From Escherichia coli (lineage in GTDB: Bacteria > Pseudomonadota > Gammaproteobacteria > Enterobacterales > Enterobacteriaceae): a stretch of DNA of 64,000 bases. Shown here piece after piece: positions 44,960 through 59,429 of this stretch; within the stretch, counting starts at the first letter, position 1, and each line of letters opens with the position of its first letter. The position numbers were made by a program, and so were the translations under genes. The stretch lies in NCBI RefSeq assembly GCF_001677475.2, contig NZ_CP015229.1. One strand, 5' to 3'. A model generated the notes under the pieces. That model was not told where the DNA came from. It saw nothing but the letters and a program-made list of their open reading frames with translations, and searched no databases.

Positions 44960-44993
44960 GGAAAAGCGGAGAAAAGGTCCGAAAATTCGGACC
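44960..44993 (-). terminator. Rho-independent terminator downstream of ampC
   Basis: Hairpin GGTCCGAA-AA-TTCGGACC (44976..44993), followed on the minus strand by TTTTCTCCGCTTTT. Confidence 0.6.
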
Positions 44994-45003
44994 CGATGAA
45001 ATT

Positions 45004-46559
<1,556 letters not shown>

Positions 46560-46569
46560 CTCAGGCTCC

Positions 46570-47702
<1,133 letters not shown>

Positions 47703-47710
<8 letters not shown>

Positions 47711-49511
47711 TCGCCTTCTCCTTCTTATTGGCTGCTTCCGCCTTATCGGCTGCATCCGCTTCGCCACCGTAAACACGTTTAGCTGGCGGCAGCGTAGTAA
47801 TCTTCACGTCGCTGTACTCCAGGCGAGTCGTGCCATCAGCATCGCGGAAGGCGAGGGTGTGTTTGAGGAAGTTGACGTCGTCACGCTCGGTGCAACCTTC
47901 GTCCAGACGCTGGTGTGCGCCGCGGGACTCTTTACGTGCCATTGCGGAGTGCGCCATACATTCAGCAACGTTCAGACCGTGGCCCAGTTCAATGGTGTAG
48001 AGCAGGTCGGTGTTGAACACGCTGGAGGTGTCGGTGATGCGCACGCGCTTGAAGCGTTCCTGCAGCTCAGCCAGCTTGTCGATGGTTTTCTGCATCAGTT
48101 CCGGCGTACGGTAGATACCGCAACCTTCTTCCATAGCCAGGCCCATTTCGTCGCGGATCTTCGCCCAGTTTTCGCCGCCATCCTGGTTAACCAGATCTTT
48201 CAGACGTTGTTCAACGCCAGCTGCCTGCGCTTCAATTGCCGCTTCGTTGCCATTACCGGCAGTTGCTGCACGCTCTGTCGCTTGTTCACCGGCCAGACGG
48301 CCGAAGACCACCAGTTCCGCCAGGGAGTTAGAACCCAGACGGTTTGCACCGTGCAGACCAACAGAGGAACATTCACCCACGGCGAACAGACCTTTAATGC
48401 GGGTTTCACAGTTCTGATCGGTTTCGATACCGCCCATGGTGTAGTGTGCGGTCGGACGTACCGGAATCGGTTCTTTAACCGGATCGACGCCAACGTACGC
48501 TTTCGCCAGTTCGCAGATGAACGGCAGACGTTCATGCAGTTTTTTCTCGCCGAGGTGACGCAGGTCGAGATAAACCACATCACCACGCGGTGTGGAGATG
48601 GTGTTGCCTTTACGCCATTCGTGCCAGAAGGCCTGAGAAACTTTGTCGCGTGGACCCAGTTCCATATACTTGTTTTTCGGCTCGCCCAGCGGAGTTTCCG
48701 GGCCCATGCCGTAATCTTGCAGATAACGGTAGCCATTTTTGTTGACCAGAATACCGCCTTCACCACGGCAGCCTTCGGTCATCAGGATACCGGAACCTGG
48801 CAGACCGGTTGGGTGATACTGAACGAATTCCATGTCACGCAGCGGAACGCCGTGGCTTAGCGCCATACCCATACCGTCACCGGTAACGATGCCGCCATTG
48901 GTATTGTAACGATAAACGCGACCCGCACCGCCGGTAGCCATAACGACCGCGTTAGCACGGATCTGCACCAGCGTGCCTTCCATCATGTTCATTGCTACCA
49001 GGCCGCGAACATGACCATCATCAACCAGAATATCCAGCACGAAATGTTCGTCAAAACGCTGGATCTGCGGGAATTGCAGAGAGGTCTGGAACAGCGTGTG
49101 CAGCATATGGAAGCCGGTCTTATCGGCGGCGAACCAGGTACGCTCGATTTTCATGCCGCCGAAGCGACGTACGTTGACGCTACCATCCGGGCGACGGCTC
49201 CATGGGCATCCCCACAGTTCCAGTTGGGTCATTTCGGTGGGGCAGTGGTGGACGAAATAATCCACGACATCCTGCTCACACAACCAGTCGCCACCCGCGA
49301 CTGTATCGTGAAAGTGATATTCGAAGCTGTCATGATCCTGCGCGACAGCGGCGGAGCCCCCTTCTGCAGCAACGGTATGGCTACGCATCGGGTATACTTT
49401 TGAGATTAGTGCGATTTTTGCATTTGGATTTGCCTGCGCGGCAGCAATTGCAGCACGTAATCCCGCGCCACCGGCGCCTACAATGGCAAGATCGGCTTGA
49501 AAGGTTTGCAC
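47703..49511 (-). CDS. frdA: Fumarate reductase flavoprotein subunit FrdA, 602 aa
   Basis: Protein [38 protein letters not shown]... recognised as FrdA; start codon is GTG. Confidence 0.95.
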
Positions 49512-49643
49512 GACATTCCTCCAGATTGTTTTTATCCCACAGCCCCGTACTTCAGGGTAAGTGCCTGAAAGTTACGGTCTGCGAACGCTATTCCACTGCT
49601 CCTTTATAGGTACAACAGTATAGTCTGATGGATAAGTCTGAAA

Positions 49644-49657
49644 TTTGACGAGATCGA
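49644..49657 (-). promoter_or_regulatory. Putative FNR binding site of the frdA promoter
   Basis: Minus strand reads TCGATCTCGTCAAA, resembling the FNR consensus TTGAT-N4-ATCAA, about 135 bp upstream of the frdA GTG. Confidence 0.5.
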
Positions 49658-49835
49658 TTTTTTTAGTGCGCAAGAGGGCTAAATTATCACTGAAGATGAT
49701 TAATTTAATTACTAAACCATCAGATCGTGCTTTTTTTAGTCACTGCCCACCGTTGTTTGATTCCTGCGTAAAATTTGTCTCGCCGTCGCGTTGCGAGTAG
49801 ACTTCGTGCCCTTGTCAAAAACTGGAGATTTAACT

Positions 49836-50813
49836 ATGAGCGAAACGGCATCCTGGCAGCCGAGCGCATCCATTCCTAACTTATTAAAACGCGCGGCGAT
49901 TATGGCGGAGATCCGTCGTTTCTTTGCCGATCGTGGAGTGCTGGAGGTGGAGACGCCTTGTATGAGCCAGGCGACGGTAACCGATATTCATTTGGTCCCG
50001 TTTGAGACACGTTTCGTTGGCCCCGGGCATTCGCAGGGGATGAATCTCTGGTTAATGACCAGCCCGGAATACCATATGAAACGCCTGCTGGTTGCCGGTT
50101 GTGGGCCGGTATTCCAGCTGTGCCGCAGCTTCCGTAATGAAGAGATGGGGCGTTATCACAACCCTGAGTTCACTATGCTGGAGTGGTATCGACCGCACTA
50201 TGATATGTACCGGTTGATGAACGAGGTGGACGATCTCTTACAACAGGTGCTGGACTGCCCGGCAGCAGAAAGCCTTTCTTATCAACAAGCTTTCTTGCGT
50301 TATCTGGAAATTGACCCACTCTCTGCCGACAAAACGCAACTGCGGGAAGTGGCAGCGAAACTGGATTTGAGCAATGTTGCTGATACCGAAGAAGACCGCG
50401 ACACGTTGCTACAATTGCTGTTTACCTTTGGCGTAGAGCCAAATATTGGTAAAGAAAAACCGACCTTTGTGTACCACTTTCCAGCCAGCCAGGCATCACT
50501 GGCGCAAATCAGTACCGAAGATCATCGGGTCGCTGAACGCTTTGAGGTTTATTATAAAGGTATTGAGCTGGCGAATGGTTTCCATGAATTGACGGATGCC
50601 CGTGAGCAGCAACAACGCTTTGAACAAGATAACCGTAAGCGCGCGGCGCGCGGTTTGCCGCAGCACCCCATTGACCAGAATCTGATTGAAGCCTTGAAAG
50701 TCGGTATGCCTGACTGTTCCGGCGTGGCATTAGGTGTTGATCGTCTGGTGATGTTGGCGCTGGGCGCGGAGACACTGGCTGAAGTCATCGCCTTTAGCGT
50801 TGACCGGGCATAA
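49836..50813 (+). CDS. epmA: EF-P-lysine lysyltransferase EpmA (PoxA/GenX; LysRS paralogue), 325 aa
   Basis: ORF 49791..50813 recognised as EpmA; the recognised N-terminus [27 protein letters not shown] starts at ATG 49836. Confidence 0.92.
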   Translation: MSETASWQPSASIPNLLKRAAIMAEIRRFFADRGVLEVETPCMSQATVTDIHLVPFETRFVGPGHSQGMNLWLMTSPEYHMKRLLVAGCGPVFQLCRSFRNEEMGRYHNPEFTMLEWYRPHYDMYRLMNEVDDLLQQVLDCPAAESLSYQQAFLRYLEIDPLSADKTQLREVAAKLDLSNVADTEEDRDTLLQLLFTFGVEPNIGKEKPTFVYHFPASQASLAQISTEDHRVAERFEVYYKGIELANGFHELTDAREQQQRFEQDNRKRAARGLPQHPIDQNLIEALKVGMPDCSGVALGVDRLVMLALGAETLAEVIAFSVDRA

Positions 50814-51031
50814 TTCTGAAAAATTACTGAATTAACAGCGAAGAATGGCGTGATAAGCGCCATTCTGTAGCATATGTTTTCATTTTTCTGTTAAAGGCCA
50901 CAATTTAAGACTGGATATTTGATATCATCCAGGTATCAATTCTGTATTGGTTTTTACGCTGCCCGCTCAATGTTGGGCAGTGCAGTTCAGTGGGCGCGTT
51001 TTATACACGCGCTGAAATGAAGGATGGTTTC

Positions 51032-52534
51032 ATGCCTCACACGATAAAAAAGATGAGTCTGATAGGACTCATATTGATGATCTTTACTTCCGTATTTGGA
51101 TTTGCCAATAGCCCATCGGCTTATTACTTAATGGGTTATAGTGCGATTCCCTTTTATATATTTTCTGCATTGTTATTCTTTATTCCATTCGCCTTAATGA
51201 TGGCTGAAATGGGCGCTGCGTATCGCAAAGAAGAAGGAGGTATCTATTCCTGGATGAATAATAGTGTCGGACCACGTTTTGCCTTCATTGGTACGTTTAT
51301 GTGGTTTTCCTCTTATATCATCTGGATGGTGAGCACCTCCGCTAAAGTTTGGGTACCGTTCTCAACATTTCTCTACGGTAGCGACATGACCCAGCACTGG
51401 CGTATTGCCGGACTGGAACCTACGCAGGTGGTTGGTCTGCTGGCAGTGGCATGGATGATTCTGGTCACCGTCGTTGCTTCAAAAGGGATTAATAAAATTG
51501 CCCGCATTACTGCGGTGGGCGGTATTGCAGTAATGTGCCTGAATTTAGTATTACTGTTAGTAAGCATTACTATTTTGTTATTAAATGGTGGGCATTTCGC
51601 GCAGGATATTAATTTCCTGACATCACCGAACCCAGGATATCAATCCGGTCTGGCGATGCTATCGTTTGTGGTATTTGCCATTTTTGCCTATGGCGGAATT
51701 GAAGCGGTTGGTGGTCTGGTCGATAAAACGGAAAATCCAGAAAAGAACTTTGCCAAAGGTATTGTTTTTGCCGCTATTGTTATTTCAATCGGTTATTCGC
51801 TGGCAATATTTTTATGGGGCGTCAGCACAAACTGGCAGCAGGTATTAAGTAATGGTTCCGTTAACCTCGGCAATATTACCTATGTGCTGATGAAGAGCCT
51901 CGGGATGACGCTGGGTAACGCACTGCATTTGTCACCTGAAGCGTCATTGTCGCTGGGCGTATGGTTTGCGCGTATTACCGGACTTTCGATGTTCCTCGCT
52001 TATACCGGTGCGTTCTTTACGCTTTGCTATTCACCGCTGAAAGCCATCATCCAGGGGACGCCGAAAGCGTTGTGGCCGGAACCGATGACGCGCCTGAATG
52101 CGATGGGGATGCCGTCTATCGCCATGTGGATGCAGTGCGGGTTGGTTACTGTCTTCATCCTGCTGGTTTCGTTTGGTGGCGGTACCGCATCGGCGTTCTT
52201 TAACAAGCTGACGCTGATGGCGAACGTGTCTATGACGCTTCCTTACCTGTTCCTCGCGCTGGCTTTCCCATTCTTTAAAGCACGTCAGGATCTCGACAGA
52301 CCATTTGTGATTTTCAAAACGCGTATGTCGGCAATGATTGCGACGGTGGTTGTCGTTCTGGTGGTGACATTTGCGAACATCTTCACCATCATTCAGCCTG
52401 TGGTTGAAGCCGGAGACTGGGACAGCACATTGTGGATGATTGGCGGCCCTGTCTTCTTCTCGCTGTTAGCGATGGCGATATACCAGAACTATTGCAGTCG
52501 CATGGCGAATAAACCTGAGTTAGCTCTCGACTGA
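51032..52534 (+). CDS. yjeM: Putative APC-superfamily transporter YjeM, about 500 aa
   Basis: ORF 50990..52534 is a polytopic membrane protein recognised as YjeM; start assigned to ATG 51032 (AAGGATGG SD); in-frame alternatives are GTG 50990 and ATG 51053. Confidence 0.8.
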   Translation: MPHTIKKMSLIGLILMIFTSVFGFANSPSAYYLMGYSAIPFYIFSALLFFIPFALMMAEMGAAYRKEEGGIYSWMNNSVGPRFAFIGTFMWFSSYIIWMVSTSAKVWVPFSTFLYGSDMTQHWRIAGLEPTQVVGLLAVAWMILVTVVASKGINKIARITAVGGIAVMCLNLVLLLVSITILLLNGGHFAQDINFLTSPNPGYQSGLAMLSFVVFAIFAYGGIEAVGGLVDKTENPEKNFAKGIVFAAIVISIGYSLAIFLWGVSTNWQQVLSNGSVNLGNITYVLMKSLGMTLGNALHLSPEASLSLGVWFARITGLSMFLAYTGAFFTLCYSPLKAIIQGTPKALWPEPMTRLNAMGMPSIAMWMQCGLVTVFILLVSFGGGTASAFFNKLTLMANVSMTLPYLFLALAFPFFKARQDLDRPFVIFKTRMSAMIATVVVVLVVTFANIFTIIQPVVEAGDWDSTLWMIGGPVFFSLLAMAIYQNYCSRMANKPELALD

Positions 52535-52684
52535 TCATATGAAATCCTGCAACTCATCGTCTCTCCGGCGATGAGTTGTCAGGAAGTAATGCGTATGGAT
52601 GATACTCTCCAGGGCCGGTGATAACTGAAGATGATGTTAAGCTGCTAAATGAGCCACGTTGACATCATTTGGCAGCTTCATGCA

Positions 52685-55600
52685 TTACAAACTTCCCGCC
52701 TGACGACCTTTGCCCGCAGACGTCAGCGTTCTCCCCGTTTGCTTACCGTTGAGGCTTTCCAGACGCATCTGGAAGGGCGGGAATGGCATATCGATACCGT
52801 GGGCGTGGAAGCCTGCCAGAATCAGCTGGTGGATCTCATGGCGTAGCGGCATACGGTGACCCATCTCAGCGGCGTAAATACGCAGCTCGAAAATCTGAAT
52901 CCCCTGTTGCAGATCCACCAGGAAGACTTCCGGTGCCGGGTTGTCGATCACCAGCGAGCAGCGACGCGCTGCGGTGAGCAGGATTTCCGTCACTTCTTCA
53001 CTGTTGGCATCGGCAGGAGCCGGAATCGTCAATACCACGCGCGTGACCGAGTCAGAGAGCGACCAGTTGATAAACTGCTCGGTAATAAACGCCTTGTTCG
53101 GCACGATAATTTCTTTGCGGTCCCAGTCGCTGATGGTGGTGGCGCGGGTGTTAATTTTTGTCACGCTACCGGTGAGATCGCGGATCGTCACCGTATCGCC
53201 AATGCGAATCGGTTTTTCGAACAGGATGATCAGGCCAGAGATAAAGTTGGCGAAAATTTCCTGCAAACCAAAACCGAGACCAACACCGAGCGCGGCGACC
53301 AGCCACTGCAATTTCGACCACTCAATACCAATCATTGAGAAGCCGACCAGCCCGCCAATCAGCATCAGCAGATATTTGGTGATGGTGGTGATGGCGTAAC
53401 CCGTACCCGGCGTTAAATCCAGGTGCTGCAAAATCGCCAGTTCCAGCAGCGCGGGCAGGTTGCGCACCAGCTGCGTGGTGATGATAAATACCAGAATGGC
53501 AATCAGCACCGCACCGAGGGTAATCGGCTCCAGACTTTCCACGCCCTGTACCGTGGAAGTGACATCCCACAGCGAAATATTTTCGAGGAAGCCGAAAGCG
53601 GAATGGATTTCTGACCACAGCACAATGACCGAAAGCAGGGCGATCAACATCAAAATTGAGCGCACCAGCCGCAAGGATTGCGCACTGATGGCATCGAGAT
53701 CGACTTCGCTTTCATCGACTTCAATTGCCCCTTCCGGGCTACTGTGATGATGCGCTTCCTCTTCGCCACGTGCACGTTGCGCTAACATCTCTGCCCGGCG
53801 ATGCTTCGCCCGGTCAAACGCCAGCCTGCGGCGTTGGATCAGCATCCAGCGGCGGATAACGTGATAAACCACCAGTAGCAGGAACCAGATGGCAACCGAG
53901 GTTTCAAGCCTCGCTAACAGTGCCTGCGCCGTTGCCAGATAACCCACCGCCGACGCCAGAATAGCAACCAGTGGCGCGCCAATCATCATGTTCCACAGCA
54001 TATGGTTGGTAATGTTGTCGCCGCTACCCTCTTTGTTGAGATACAGCGGGATACCGGCCTTTTTCAGGCTGAGGGTGACCACCGCCAGCGCACCGCAAAT
54101 GAGGATAAAGCAAAGCCGTCCCAGCGAACCGGAAAATTCGCGGTCGTCGAGATTATCGAACATCATCAGCGCCATAATCAGCGGCACAATAAGCCCGATG
54201 CTCATCAGGTAGTAGCGCATCCCACGGGAAACCCGTTCGCGTGGCCAACCAAAATGAGCGATAAACAAGCCGTTCGGGCGGGCAAAGGTGGCGCAAATCA
54301 TCACTACCCACAGCAGCGGCACGGTGGCTGTTACGCCATCACCAATCGCGACCGCCAGCGGATAAGGCCACGCCTCGCGCAAGCCGTAACCCAGCGTCAT
54401 CCACAGCACTGGCAGCGGTGACGCGACGAGAATCGACCAGAAAAGAGTGCGTAACGTCAGCCAGAAGTGATCCTGAGTCACTTTGCCGACTTTCGCCGCC
54501 GAACGTTCAAGAAAACGGGTGAAATATCGGCGCGAGTAAATACTGCAACCGACCAGAATCAACGCGCCAAACAGCGGCAAAATCGTCTCTTTGCTGGTCA
54601 GCATCATCACACTGGCTTTGCCCAACTGACTGAAGGTGTCCAGCGAAATGAGACGACGCAGATCCTGGGCGATTTCCAGCGGCCAGGCGATGGTCATCGG
54701 ACGTACGTCAGAGGTCCAGAACAGATAGCGGTGCGTCGCTTCATTCACCTCTTTCAGCGCATCCTCCAGTTGCCCGTTGGAGACTTTCAGCTTGGTCAGT
54801 TCCAGTAGTAGCGTGTCGCCACCCTGCAACAATGAGTTCAGCAACTCACGCTGAGTGCGTAGCTGTGCTTCGAGAATACGGTTTTGCTCGGCAGTCAGCG
54901 GCTGACCGTCGGCCTGATGAATTTGCCTTAGCTGCGGCTGTTTATTAAGCAGATCCTCATAACGTAACCGTTGCACACGCAACTGCGCCATTTCGGTATC
55001 AAGCTGTTGTGGTTTTGGCATTTCCGGCAGCCGTGCCACCTGCGCCCGCAACGCTTCGCCGAGCAGATTGGACGATCCCAGCCATTGCGACTGTTCACGC
55101 AGCGTATTCAACGCCTGCCGGACCTGTAACGTCTGGCTGGCAGCCTGACGCTGTTGCGAGGCAACGAGATCCATCCGCTGCGCCTGTTGATTCAGCGCTG
55201 CCGATAGTTCGCGGTTTATTTTGAATTGCGCGACGATATCTTTCGGCAAATCGGCACTGTTTTCTGCCAGCAATTCGGTACTTTCCAGCGCCCGCTCCGC
55301 CTCAAGCTGACGTTGGCTGTTCAACTGATTACGTAAGGTCTGCAAATACGCATCCAGTTGCTGGCTCTCTTTTTCCGCCAGCTCTGAGCGTAAGCGCGCT
55401 AATTCCTGGCGGTTATTGGCGGACAGCTGCGCCAGTTCCAGTTCATCGACGAGCGCTTTCAGGCGTGCGGAGTCAGACTGCAACGCGAAATTTTGTGCCT
55501 GATTGAGCGGGGAATTGCCGGTAAGCGTCCCCAGGCGGCGCTCGATTTCATTTAACTGACGGCGGGCATCGGTTTGCTGTTGCGGCAGTTGATTCAGCGA

Positions 55601-56008
55601 ATCGGCAATCTCGCGGGCGCGTTCCTGCTCTTGCTGGGCCTGACGGCTTTTATCCAGCAACTGGCTGCTGACCTGGAGAATTTCCTGATTCAGCGCGTCG
55701 GTAGACATTCCCGGTGACACGCTGCGCGGCTCGTCACGCATGTTGTTTAATTGCGCGCGCAGAGTAGCGGAGAGTTTCGGATAATTATCAATGACTTCTT
55801 GATATTGCTTGATGCGCTCAAGGGAACCTTTCCGTTCCTCAAGCGCATTTAAGGCAGACTGGAGCGCCTCTACGACTTCCGGTTGCGCGGGTTTCGCCGC
55901 TTTTGCCTGCTCCAGTTCTTGTGAGATTTGTTTGCTATCGGGGGCCGTCGCGGCGTACGCCCCCCAACTGAGGCACCAGGCCATCAGAAAAGTGATAATC
56001 AGGCGCAC
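52685..56008 (-). CDS. mscM: Miniconductance mechanosensitive channel MscM (YjeP), 1107 aa
   Basis: Protein MRLIITFLMAWCLSWGAYAATAPDSKQISQELEQAKAAKPAQ... with a long coiled-coil periplasmic domain and MscS-like C-terminus. Confidence 0.92.
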   Translation of the reverse strand: MRLIITFLMAWCLSWGAYAATAPDSKQISQELEQAKAAKPAQPEVVEALQSALNALEERKGSLERIKQYQEVIDNYPKLSATLRAQLNNMRDEPRSVSPGMSTDALNQEILQVSSQLLDKSRQAQQEQERAREIADSLNQLPQQQTDARRQLNEIERRLGTLTGNSPLNQAQNFALQSDSARLKALVDELELAQLSANNRQELARLRSELAEKESQQLDAYLQTLRNQLNSQRQLEAERALESTELLAENSADLPKDIVAQFKINRELSAALNQQAQRMDLVASQQRQAASQTLQVRQALNTLREQSQWLGSSNLLGEALRAQVARLPEMPKPQQLDTEMAQLRVQRLRYEDLLNKQPQLRQIHQADGQPLTAEQNRILEAQLRTQRELLNSLLQGGDTLLLELTKLKVSNGQLEDALKEVNEATHRYLFWTSDVRPMTIAWPLEIAQDLRRLISLDTFSQLGKASVMMLTSKETILPLFGALILVGCSIYSRRYFTRFLERSAAKVGKVTQDHFWLTLRTLFWSILVASPLPVLWMTLGYGLREAWPYPLAVAIGDGVTATVPLLWVVMICATFARPNGLFIAHFGWPRERVSRGMRYYLMSIGLIVPLIMALMMFDNLDDREFSGSLGRLCFILICGALAVVTLSLKKAGIPLYLNKEGSGDNITNHMLWNMMIGAPLVAILASAVGYLATAQALLARLETSVAIWFLLLVVYHVIRRWMLIQRRRLAFDRAKHRRAEMLAQRARGEEEAHHHSSPEGAIEVDESEVDLDAISAQSLRLVRSILMLIALLSVIVLWSEIHSAFGFLENISLWDVTSTVQGVESLEPITLGAVLIAILVFIITTQLVRNLPALLELAILQHLDLTPGTGYAITTITKYLLMLIGGLVGFSMIGIEWSKLQWLVAALGVGLGFGLQEIFANFISGLIILFEKPIRIGDTVTIRDLTGSVTKINTRATTISDWDRKEIIVPNKAFITEQFINWSLSDSVTRVVLTIPAPADANSEEVTEILLTAARRCSLVIDNPAPEVFLVDLQQGIQIFELRIYAAEMGHRMPLRHEIHQLILAGFHAHGIDMPFPPFQMRLESLNGKQTGRTLTSAGKGRQAGSL

Positions 56009-56029
56009 GTCAGCGTTTCCTTTGATGGA

Positions 56030-56998
56030 TTAGACCTGGTCTTTTTTGTCGTCAACCAATGGGCTGGCGTCGTGTTCTGCTTCGATCTCTTCAGCAGGAA
56101 GCGGGGCGGGTTCAGCGTCTGGCGTAACAAAGGTTTCGGTAGATACTGCCAGCGGCTGGCCAATTTTCGTGACAGACAGGCTTTCCAGTTGCTCAACCAG
56201 ATTCACTTTACCCGGTGCAAACAGGTTGATAACGGTGGAACCGAGTTTAAAGCGACCCATTTCCTGGCCTTTCAGCAGTGCCACAGAACCGTCGTTTTCC
56301 CCGGCAGGCCAGGTCCAGCGCTTGATGATACCTTCGCGCGGCGGCGTAATGGTGCCCGCCCAGACCGTCTCAATGCTGCCTACAATCGTCGCCCCGACCA
56401 GAATCTGCGCCATTGGGCCAAATTCGGTATCGAACAGGCAGATCACGCGTTCGTTACGGGCAAACAGATTCGGCACGTTCTGAGCGGTGAGATGGTTAAC
56501 GGAAAAGAGATCGCCCGGCACGTAGATCATCTCACGCAGAATACCGTTGCACGGCATGTGTACGCGGTGGTAGTCACGCGGGGAGAGGTAAGTGGTCACA
56601 AACGTACCGTTGCGGAACAGGTCCGCCATCAGATAGTTGCCTGCCAGCAGGGCTTCGAGGCTGTAGTTGTGGCCTTTGGCTTGCAGGATTTTATCTTCTT
56701 CGATTTTACCCAACTGGCTGATAACGCCATCGGCAGGCATAACCAGTACATTCGGATCGGTATCGATTGGGCGTACTTCGTCACGCAGCGGACGGACAAA
56801 GAATTCGTTAAAGGTGCGGTAGCTGGCGGTATCCGGCTTTTGCGCCTCTTTCATGTCGACCTTGTAGTATTTAACGAACAGATCGATAACCAGTTTTGTC
56901 AGCCATCCTGCCCGCTTGCTTGCGCCCCAACCCGCCAGGCGAGTAAGCCATAGTTTCGGCAGAATGTACTGTAGCGAAAGTTTAAATGAATTTAACAA
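56030..56998 (-). CDS. psd: Phosphatidylserine decarboxylase proenzyme Psd, 322 aa
   Basis: Protein [33 protein letters not shown]... recognised as Psd, including the LGST self-cleavage motif. Confidence 0.95.
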
Positions 56999-57095
56999 GG
57001 TAGCCTCCAGGCCATTGTTTTGTCGTTCCTGATCCGGCCTACATGCCGGATCCTGAAAAAAAAGGGGACGATTCTAACGACGGTTAGCTTAATTG

Positions 57096-58148
57096 TCAGT
57101 CATCCGTATCAGAAAAGTTTTTACGCGTTTTTACCTGCGCCATGCTTTCCAGAATACGGTGATAGTTTTCGAAACGGGTTTCCGCGATTTTTCCTTCCTC
57201 AACCGCTTCCCGGATAGCGCAGCCCGGATCGGTATCGTGTTTGCAATCGCGATATTTACACAGACCTAAGTAGTCATGGAATTCGACAAAGCCCTGAGTG
57301 ATTTGTTCCGGCTCCAGGTGCCAGAGGCCGAACTCACGCACTCCTGGGGAGTCAATCACATCACCGCCGTGCGGGAAGTGATACAGCCGAGCGGCGGTCG
57401 TGGTGTGCTGACCGAGACCCGAGTTGTCAGAGACATCGTTGGTCAGGATCTCTTTTTGCAGCCCCAGCAACGCGTTCAGCAGGCTGGATTTACCAACGCC
57501 AGACTGCCCGGCAAAAATGCTGATGCGCCCGGTCAACGCCTCTTCCAGCGGTTTCAGCCCATCCTGAGTATGGCTGGAAACCATCAATACGCGATAACCG
57601 ATATTGCGGTAGATATCCATCTGCTCGTTGACGAATGCCATGCCTTCGTCGTCCAGCAGGTCTATCTTGTTGAGCACAATAATCGGCTCAATCTGCAAGG
57701 TTTCGCAGGCCACCAGGTAACGGTCGATAATATTGAGCGACAGCTCCGGCAAAATGGCGGAGACAATGACAATCTGGTCGATGTTGGCTGCAATAGGTTT
57801 CACGCCGTCGTAGAAATCCGGACGCGTCAACACCGAGGTGCGCTCATGCACCGCTTCCACGATCCCTTTGACATTTACGCCTTCCGCCGCCGGTTTACCC
57901 GGACGCCAGACTACGCGGTCGCCGGTCACCAGCGAACGGATGGTACGGCGAATATTGCAGCGGTGAACGTCGCCATCGGCGGATTCCACATCAGCGTGCA
58001 TACCAAAGCGGCTGATGACGATACCTTCATCAGGCTCGCCAAACAGATTGTCGTCGTAGTCGGGCTTCTCCTTAGACGTTTTAAGACGACGCTGGTGATT
58101 GGCGTTCACGCGGCGCTGCTGGCCTTTGGAGAGTTTATTTTTACTCAA
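57096..58148 (-). CDS. rsgA: Ribosome small-subunit biogenesis GTPase RsgA (YjeQ), 350 aa
   Basis: ORF 57096..58181 recognised as RsgA; the recognised N-terminus (M)[20 protein letters not shown] corresponds to a TTG start at 58148..58146. Confidence 0.88.
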   Translation of the reverse strand: MSKNKLSKGQQRRVNANHQRRLKTSKEKPDYDDNLFGEPDEGIVISRFGMHADVESADGDVHRCNIRRTIRSLVTGDRVVWRPGKPAAEGVNVKGIVEAVHERTSVLTRPDFYDGVKPIAANIDQIVIVSAILPELSLNIIDRYLVACETLQIEPIIVLNKIDLLDDEGMAFVNEQMDIYRNIGYRVLMVSSHTQDGLKPLEEALTGRISIFAGQSGVGKSSLLNALLGLQKEILTNDVSDNSGLGQHTTTAARLYHFPHGGDVIDSPGVREFGLWHLEPEQITQGFVEFHDYLGLCKYRDCKHDTDPGCAIREAVEEGKIAETRFENYHRILESMAQVKTRKNFSDTDD

Positions 58149-58242
58149 TCGTACAGACTCCTGGTCGCCCCTGATGGGCAAAACATCTATGATACACGCA
58201 ATTGTGGATCAATATAGTCACTGTGAATGGGTGGAAAATAGC

Positions 58243-58788
58243 ATGAGTGCCAATGAAAACAACCTGATTTGGATCGATCTTGAGATGACCGGTCTGGATC
58301 CCGAGCGTGATCGCATTATTGAGATTGCCACGCTGGTGACCGATGCCAACCTGAATATTCTGGCAGAAGGGCCGACCATTGCAGTACATCAGTCCGATGA
58401 ACAGCTGGCGCTGATGGATGACTGGAACGTGCGCACCCATACCGCCAGCGGGCTGGTAGAGCGTGTGAAAGCGAGCACGATGGGCGATCGTGAAGCTGAA
58501 CTGGTAACGCTCGAATTCTTAAAACAGTGGGTGCCTGCGGGAAAATCGCCGATTTGCGGTAACAGCATCGGCCAGGATCGTCGCTTCCTGTTTAAATATA
58601 TGCCGGAGCTGGAAGCCTACTTCCACTACCGTTATCTCGATGTCAGCACGCTGAAAGAGCTGGCGCGCCGCTGGAAGCCGGAAATTCTGGATGGTTTTAC
58701 CAAGCAGGGGACGCATCAGGCGATGGATGATATCCGTGAATCGGTGGCGGAGCTGGCTTACTACCGCGAGCATTTTATCAAGCTGTAA
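58243..58788 (+). CDS. orn: Oligoribonuclease Orn, 181 aa
   Basis: ORF 58099..58788 recognised as Orn; the recognised N-terminus [23 protein letters not shown] starts at ATG 58243. Confidence 0.95.
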   Translation: MSANENNLIWIDLEMTGLDPERDRIIEIATLVTDANLNILAEGPTIAVHQSDEQLALMDDWNVRTHTASGLVERVKASTMGDREAELVTLEFLKQWVPAGKSPICGNSIGQDRRFLFKYMPELEAYFHYRYLDVSTLKELARRWKPEILDGFTKQGTHQAMDDIRESVAELAYYREHFIKL

Positions 58789-58914
58789 ATTTTTTCCTGG
58801 TCACGTAAGCGCCGTAATCCACTTGCGGTGGCGTGATTTTGACGCTAAATTGAACGTCTTGCCGATAATTTCAGCACTTGAGATAAAAACTCAAAAAAAA
58901 ATTTTTTAGGGGGG

Positions 58915-58942
58915 TTGCAGAGGGAAAGATTTCTCGTATAAT
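58915..58942 (+). promoter_or_regulatory. Putative sigma-70 promoter of the tRNA-Gly operon
   Basis: -35 TTGCAG (58915..58920), 16-bp spacer, -10 TATAAT (58937..58942), followed by a GC-rich discriminator GCGCCTCCC and preceded by an A/T-rich UP-like tract (58882..58908). Confidence 0.6.
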
Positions 58943-58999
58943 GCGCCTCCCGTAACGACGCAGAAATGCGAAAATTACGAAAGCAAAATTAAGTAGTAC

Positions 59000-59075
<76 letters not shown>

Positions 59076-59232
59076 AAATTTGAAAAGTGCTGCAAAGCAC
59101 AGACCACCCAATCGCAGTATTTCGAATTGCGACAAGGCGGCAACTGAACGAATCCTTGGGAGCTTACAAAAGTAAGTGACTAAGGTGAGTGAAGGCAGCC
59201 AAGGCAGTAGCGGTTCGAAAGACGAAGATTAA

Positions 59233-59308
<76 letters not shown>

Positions 59309-59343
59309 AAATTTGAAGGTGCTGTAAAGCACAGACCACCCAA

Positions 59344-59419
<76 letters not shown>

Positions 59420-59429
59420 AATTCTTCTC

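Noticed and set aside
50990-51031. N-terminal extensions offered by the ORF track, e.g. yjeM from 50990, ampC to 46332, orn from 58099, gdx from 43918, dsbD to 32629, queG to 60936
   Set aside because: The extended segments lack the recognised N-termini or signal peptides and lack SD sequences, and several overlap upstream promoters, terminators or the riboswitch candidate. The internal starts given in the feature list match the recognised proteins.
57031-57052. Palindrome GATCCGGC-N6-GCCGGATC between psd and rsgA as a terminator
   Set aside because: On the rsgA strand the T-run precedes rather than follows the stem, and on the other strand it is followed by an A-run, so it does not fit a canonical intrinsic terminator for either strand. 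It is more likely a REP-like element; its function is undetermined.
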